From the NCBI GenBank assembly GCA_043810775.1, contig JBDRNU010000001.1, positions 1 to 19,294 on the forward strand: 19,294 nt of DNA, in the 5' to 3' direction. The notes beneath the pieces were generated by a model. That model was not told the origin of the DNA. It ran no database searches and saw nothing but the letters and a program-made list of their open reading frames with translations. The DNA is from an archaeon. Lineage in GTDB: Archaea > Nanobdellota > Nanobdellia > Pacearchaeales > GW2011-AR1. How positions within the stretch are numbered: the first letter of the stretch is position 1; every line of letters begins with the position of its first letter. Position numbers and translations under genes: made by a program. Shown here piece by piece: positions 16,703 to 19,294 of the stretch.

Positions 16703-18187
16703 TTATGGTTTGTAATTTGGAGCGTCTTTAGTTATTCTTATAGTATGAGGGTGTGATTCTGAAACACCTGATGAAGTAAACCTGTCAAATTGACCTTTAT
16801 CACGAAGCTCTTGAATTGAAGCTGCTCCGACATAACCCATCCCTGCTCTTAAACCTCCTATATACTGAATTATAATATTTCCCAGCTTGCCTTTATAAGG
16901 AACTAAACCTTCAACACCTTCTGGAACAAGTTTAGTTTCATCTAGCTGCCTATATCTACTTCTTGAAGCTTTGCTTGACTTAAGTGCGCCTAGTGAACCC
17001 ATCCCCCTATAATCTTTCCACTGACGGCCTTCAAAAAAAACAATTTCTCCAGGAGATTCATCTGTGCCTGCAAGCATACTTCCAAGCATAACAGAGTTTG
17101 CTCCTGCTGCTATTGCAATAACTATATCTCCAGAATTTCTTAAACCTCCATCAGCACATACTGGAATTTCAGAATTAACTGCCCGTGCACAATCATAAAC
17201 AGCTGAAACTTGAGGCCTGCCTACACCAGCTATTATTCTTGTGGTGCAAATAGAACCAGGACCTTGTCCAACTTTTATGCCGTCTGCACCGACGTCTGCT
17301 AATCTTTTTGCAGACTCACCCATAGATACATTTCCTACAACTACTTCTAGTGAGTAATTTCTTTTTATTTCTTTTAAAGTATCAAATACATCTTTTGAAT
17401 CGCCATGAGCTGTATCAATAACAACAACATCTATATTTTTTTCACGCAGCCTTGAAACTCTTTCAAGAGCTTCTGGGCCAGTGCCAATTGCAGCTGCAAC
17501 TCTGAGCTGGCCTTTATTGTCAACATTATATAAATCATAACATCCTGATTTAATTCTCTTAAGGTCACTAAAAATATACATCCCACTTATTTCCCCAGTT
17601 CCAGTTACTAAGGGAAGTATCCTCTTTTTTTCTCTTTTCATTAAAGAATAAGCTTGCTCAAAAGTTGTTCCTGTAGGGGCAGATATAATGTTAGAAGTCA
17701 TAATATCCTTGGCTTTTAAAGATAAATCATCGCAAAACTCAAAATCTCTTCCTGTTATTAACCCTGCAAGCTTTCCTCCACTATTTAACACTGGGAAGCT
17801 ATGAAAATTATAATTTTTTCTCTCTATTTTCAAAAGAATTGAGGAAACTGTTTCATCTTCATTAACACAAATTGGCTTGTCTATTAAACCATTAAGATGA
17901 TATTTAACTTTTGCTACTTGAGAGGCTTGTTCTTCAATAGTTAGACCTCTATGAATTACTCCTAAACCACCGAGTTTTGCAAGCTCGACAGCAAGTCGAT
18001 ATTCTGTTACTGTGTCCATAGCAGCACTTGTAATAGGAATATTAAGACTTATGTTTCTGGAGAATTTTGAAGCTAAATTGACTTTATCAGGCATTATCTC
18101 AGAATGCCCGGTCCTTAAACGAACATCATCAAAAGTTAAAGCCAAGCCTTGCTCAGCTGCTAGCTCAAGGACTTGTTTTGGATTCAT
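16703..18187 (-). CDS. guaB: IMP dehydrogenase with CBS pair
   Basis: [30 protein letters not shown] (catalytic Cys), ADGG, YRGMGS, VPEGVEG. Confidence 0.96.
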   Translation of the reverse strand: MNPKQVLELAAEQGLALTFDDVRLRTGHSEIMPDKVNLASKFSRNISLNIPITSAAMDTVTEYRLAVELAKLGGLGVIHRGLTIEEQASQVAKVKYHLNGLIDKPICVNEDETVSSILLKIERKNYNFHSFPVLNSGGKLAGLITGRDFEFCDDLSLKAKDIMTSNIISAPTGTTFEQAYSLMKREKKRILPLVTGTGEISGMYIFSDLKRIKSGCYDLYNVDNKGQLRVAAAIGTGPEALERVSRLREKNIDVVVIDTAHGDSKDVFDTLKEIKRNYSLEVVVGNVSMGESAKRLADVGADGIKVGQGPGSICTTRIIAGVGRPQVSAVYDCARAVNSEIPVCADGGLRNSGDIVIAIAAGANSVMLGSMLAGTDESPGEIVFFEGRQWKDYRGMGSLGALKSSKASRSRYRQLDETKLVPEGVEGLVPYKGKLGNIIIQYIGGLRAGMGYVGAASIQELRDKGQFDRFTSSGVSESHPHTIRITKDAPNYKP

Positions 18188-18363
18188 TAAAAAGCATTGA
18201 ATAAGACATTTAAATAAATTTATATACTAATATAATATTGATGCAGTCTTGCTGAATCTCAAATATTATATATTATTATTTTTAGTGAGTATTCTTCTAT
18301 GGCTGGAAGTTTAATAGTTTATAATTTAGCTAAAAGAAGAGAAAGTGAGAAAAACAGAATATT

Positions 18364-18792
18364 TTATTTAATATACTCCCTATTTTGATCTTTTGGAGGA
18401 CCGAGTTTTGGCATAGGAATATGTGGGGGAAGAGAAAACTCTTCTTCAAGTTGAAGTGCCTTAATATTACACTTAGAGAATATAAAATTAAAAAGAGGTA
18501 TTCTTAATTCATCCCCTATTTTCTTGTTTTTCCATTTCTTGATTATATCTTTGGTTTTTTGATTATCAAATACAACTAAAACATAACCTTCAAAAGAGAT
18601 ATTCGCAATTTTAGGCTCATAACCTATAGCATATTCAAAATCAAACCTTATTATTTCTTTATTATCCAGTGCCTCTATCTTTTCACTTGTAACTTTCTTG
18701 ACATCTATATTTGTTTTTATCTCTATCTTACCTTTAGAAGGGTTAGTTCTCTCACCTGATATTTTTTGGAAATTAAAACCTACTATTTGCAT
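18364..18792 (-). CDS. Conserved archaeal hypothetical protein (possible SecB-like fold)
   Basis: Four beta-strand pattern, then helices and a LPPHIPMP tail; fold call is tentative. Confidence 0.6.
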   Translation of the reverse strand: MQIVGFNFQKISGERTNPSKGKIEIKTNIDVKKVTSEKIEALDNKEIIRFDFEYAIGYEPKIANISFEGYVLVVFDNQKTKDIIKKWKNKKIGDELRIPLFNFIFSKCNIKALQLEEEFSLPPHIPMPKLGPPKDQNREYIK

Positions 18793-18821
18793 TTTAAAAT
18801 AATTATTAATTTAGTATAAAA

Positions 18822-19082
18822 TTAAATCAAATCTTCTTCTGAAACAACTACAAAATCACCTATTGCTATAATTGCATTATAAGGTAATAACAATTCTTTA
18901 TCTTTAGTAATCTCAAGATTAAGGTTTTTAGTATAAGGGGTTTGATTTTTAACAGTAATATGAATAAGTTCACCTGTTCGAGTTTCAAATGTCACATCTT
19001 TTACTAAACCAAGTCTTTTACCTTCTTTTGTTACAACGAGCTTGCCTAAGATATCTTTGAAAGGCTTTTTATCAATTGTCAT
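18822..19082 (-). CDS. PRC-barrel domain protein (CdpB-like)
   Basis: ILGKLVVTKEGKRLGLVKDV.F....GEL and LLPYNAIIAIGDFVVV; TATA at 19104-19111. Confidence 0.88.
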   Translation of the reverse strand: MTIDKKPFKDILGKLVVTKEGKRLGLVKDVTFETRTGELIHITVKNQTPYTKNLNLEITKDKELLLPYNAIIAIGDFVVVSEEDLI

Positions 19083-19294
19083 AACAGACTCAGCTTTAAT
19101 TTATTTATAAAGTTTTCTATGTTGTAAATATCATATCAGGAAAAGCAAGCTTGAAGATATTTGAGGTATTATTAGAGTTTTTTAATATATTATACTAAAA
19201 TTTGATGATCCCTGCCCCCATTGTTTCTTATGGAAAGGTTTATAAAGAAAAATTTGATTTTCTTTTTTTATTTTTTATTTATAAATATTTATAT

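Overview
AT-rich, compact archaeal sequence. TATA boxes sit about 22 nt upstream of leaderless ATGs, and the gene set (Lhr-core helicase plus metallophosphoesterase, PRC-barrel protein, many short orphans) fits a DPANN archaeon, probably Pacearchaeota/Woesearchaeota (inference). Recognisable genes: lhr, a metallophosphoesterase, a class I SAM methyltransferase, an M29 aminopeptidase, thrC, a guaB-purA pair, a DUF5654 membrane protein and a MerR-like HTH protein. The standout region is about 1.8-4.2 kb. Two convergent coiled-coil/linker/winged-helix genes each carry a repeat array inside the linker-coding DNA, and both motifs recur in the non-coding region upstream of the first gene. The second gene embeds a near-canonical archaeal ORB. 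A strongly G-skewed spacer with about 11 AAAAGTGAG-type repeats separates the two genes, and a third small wHTH gene lies alongside. This looks like a candidate replication-origin or segregation module with no cdc6 in the window.
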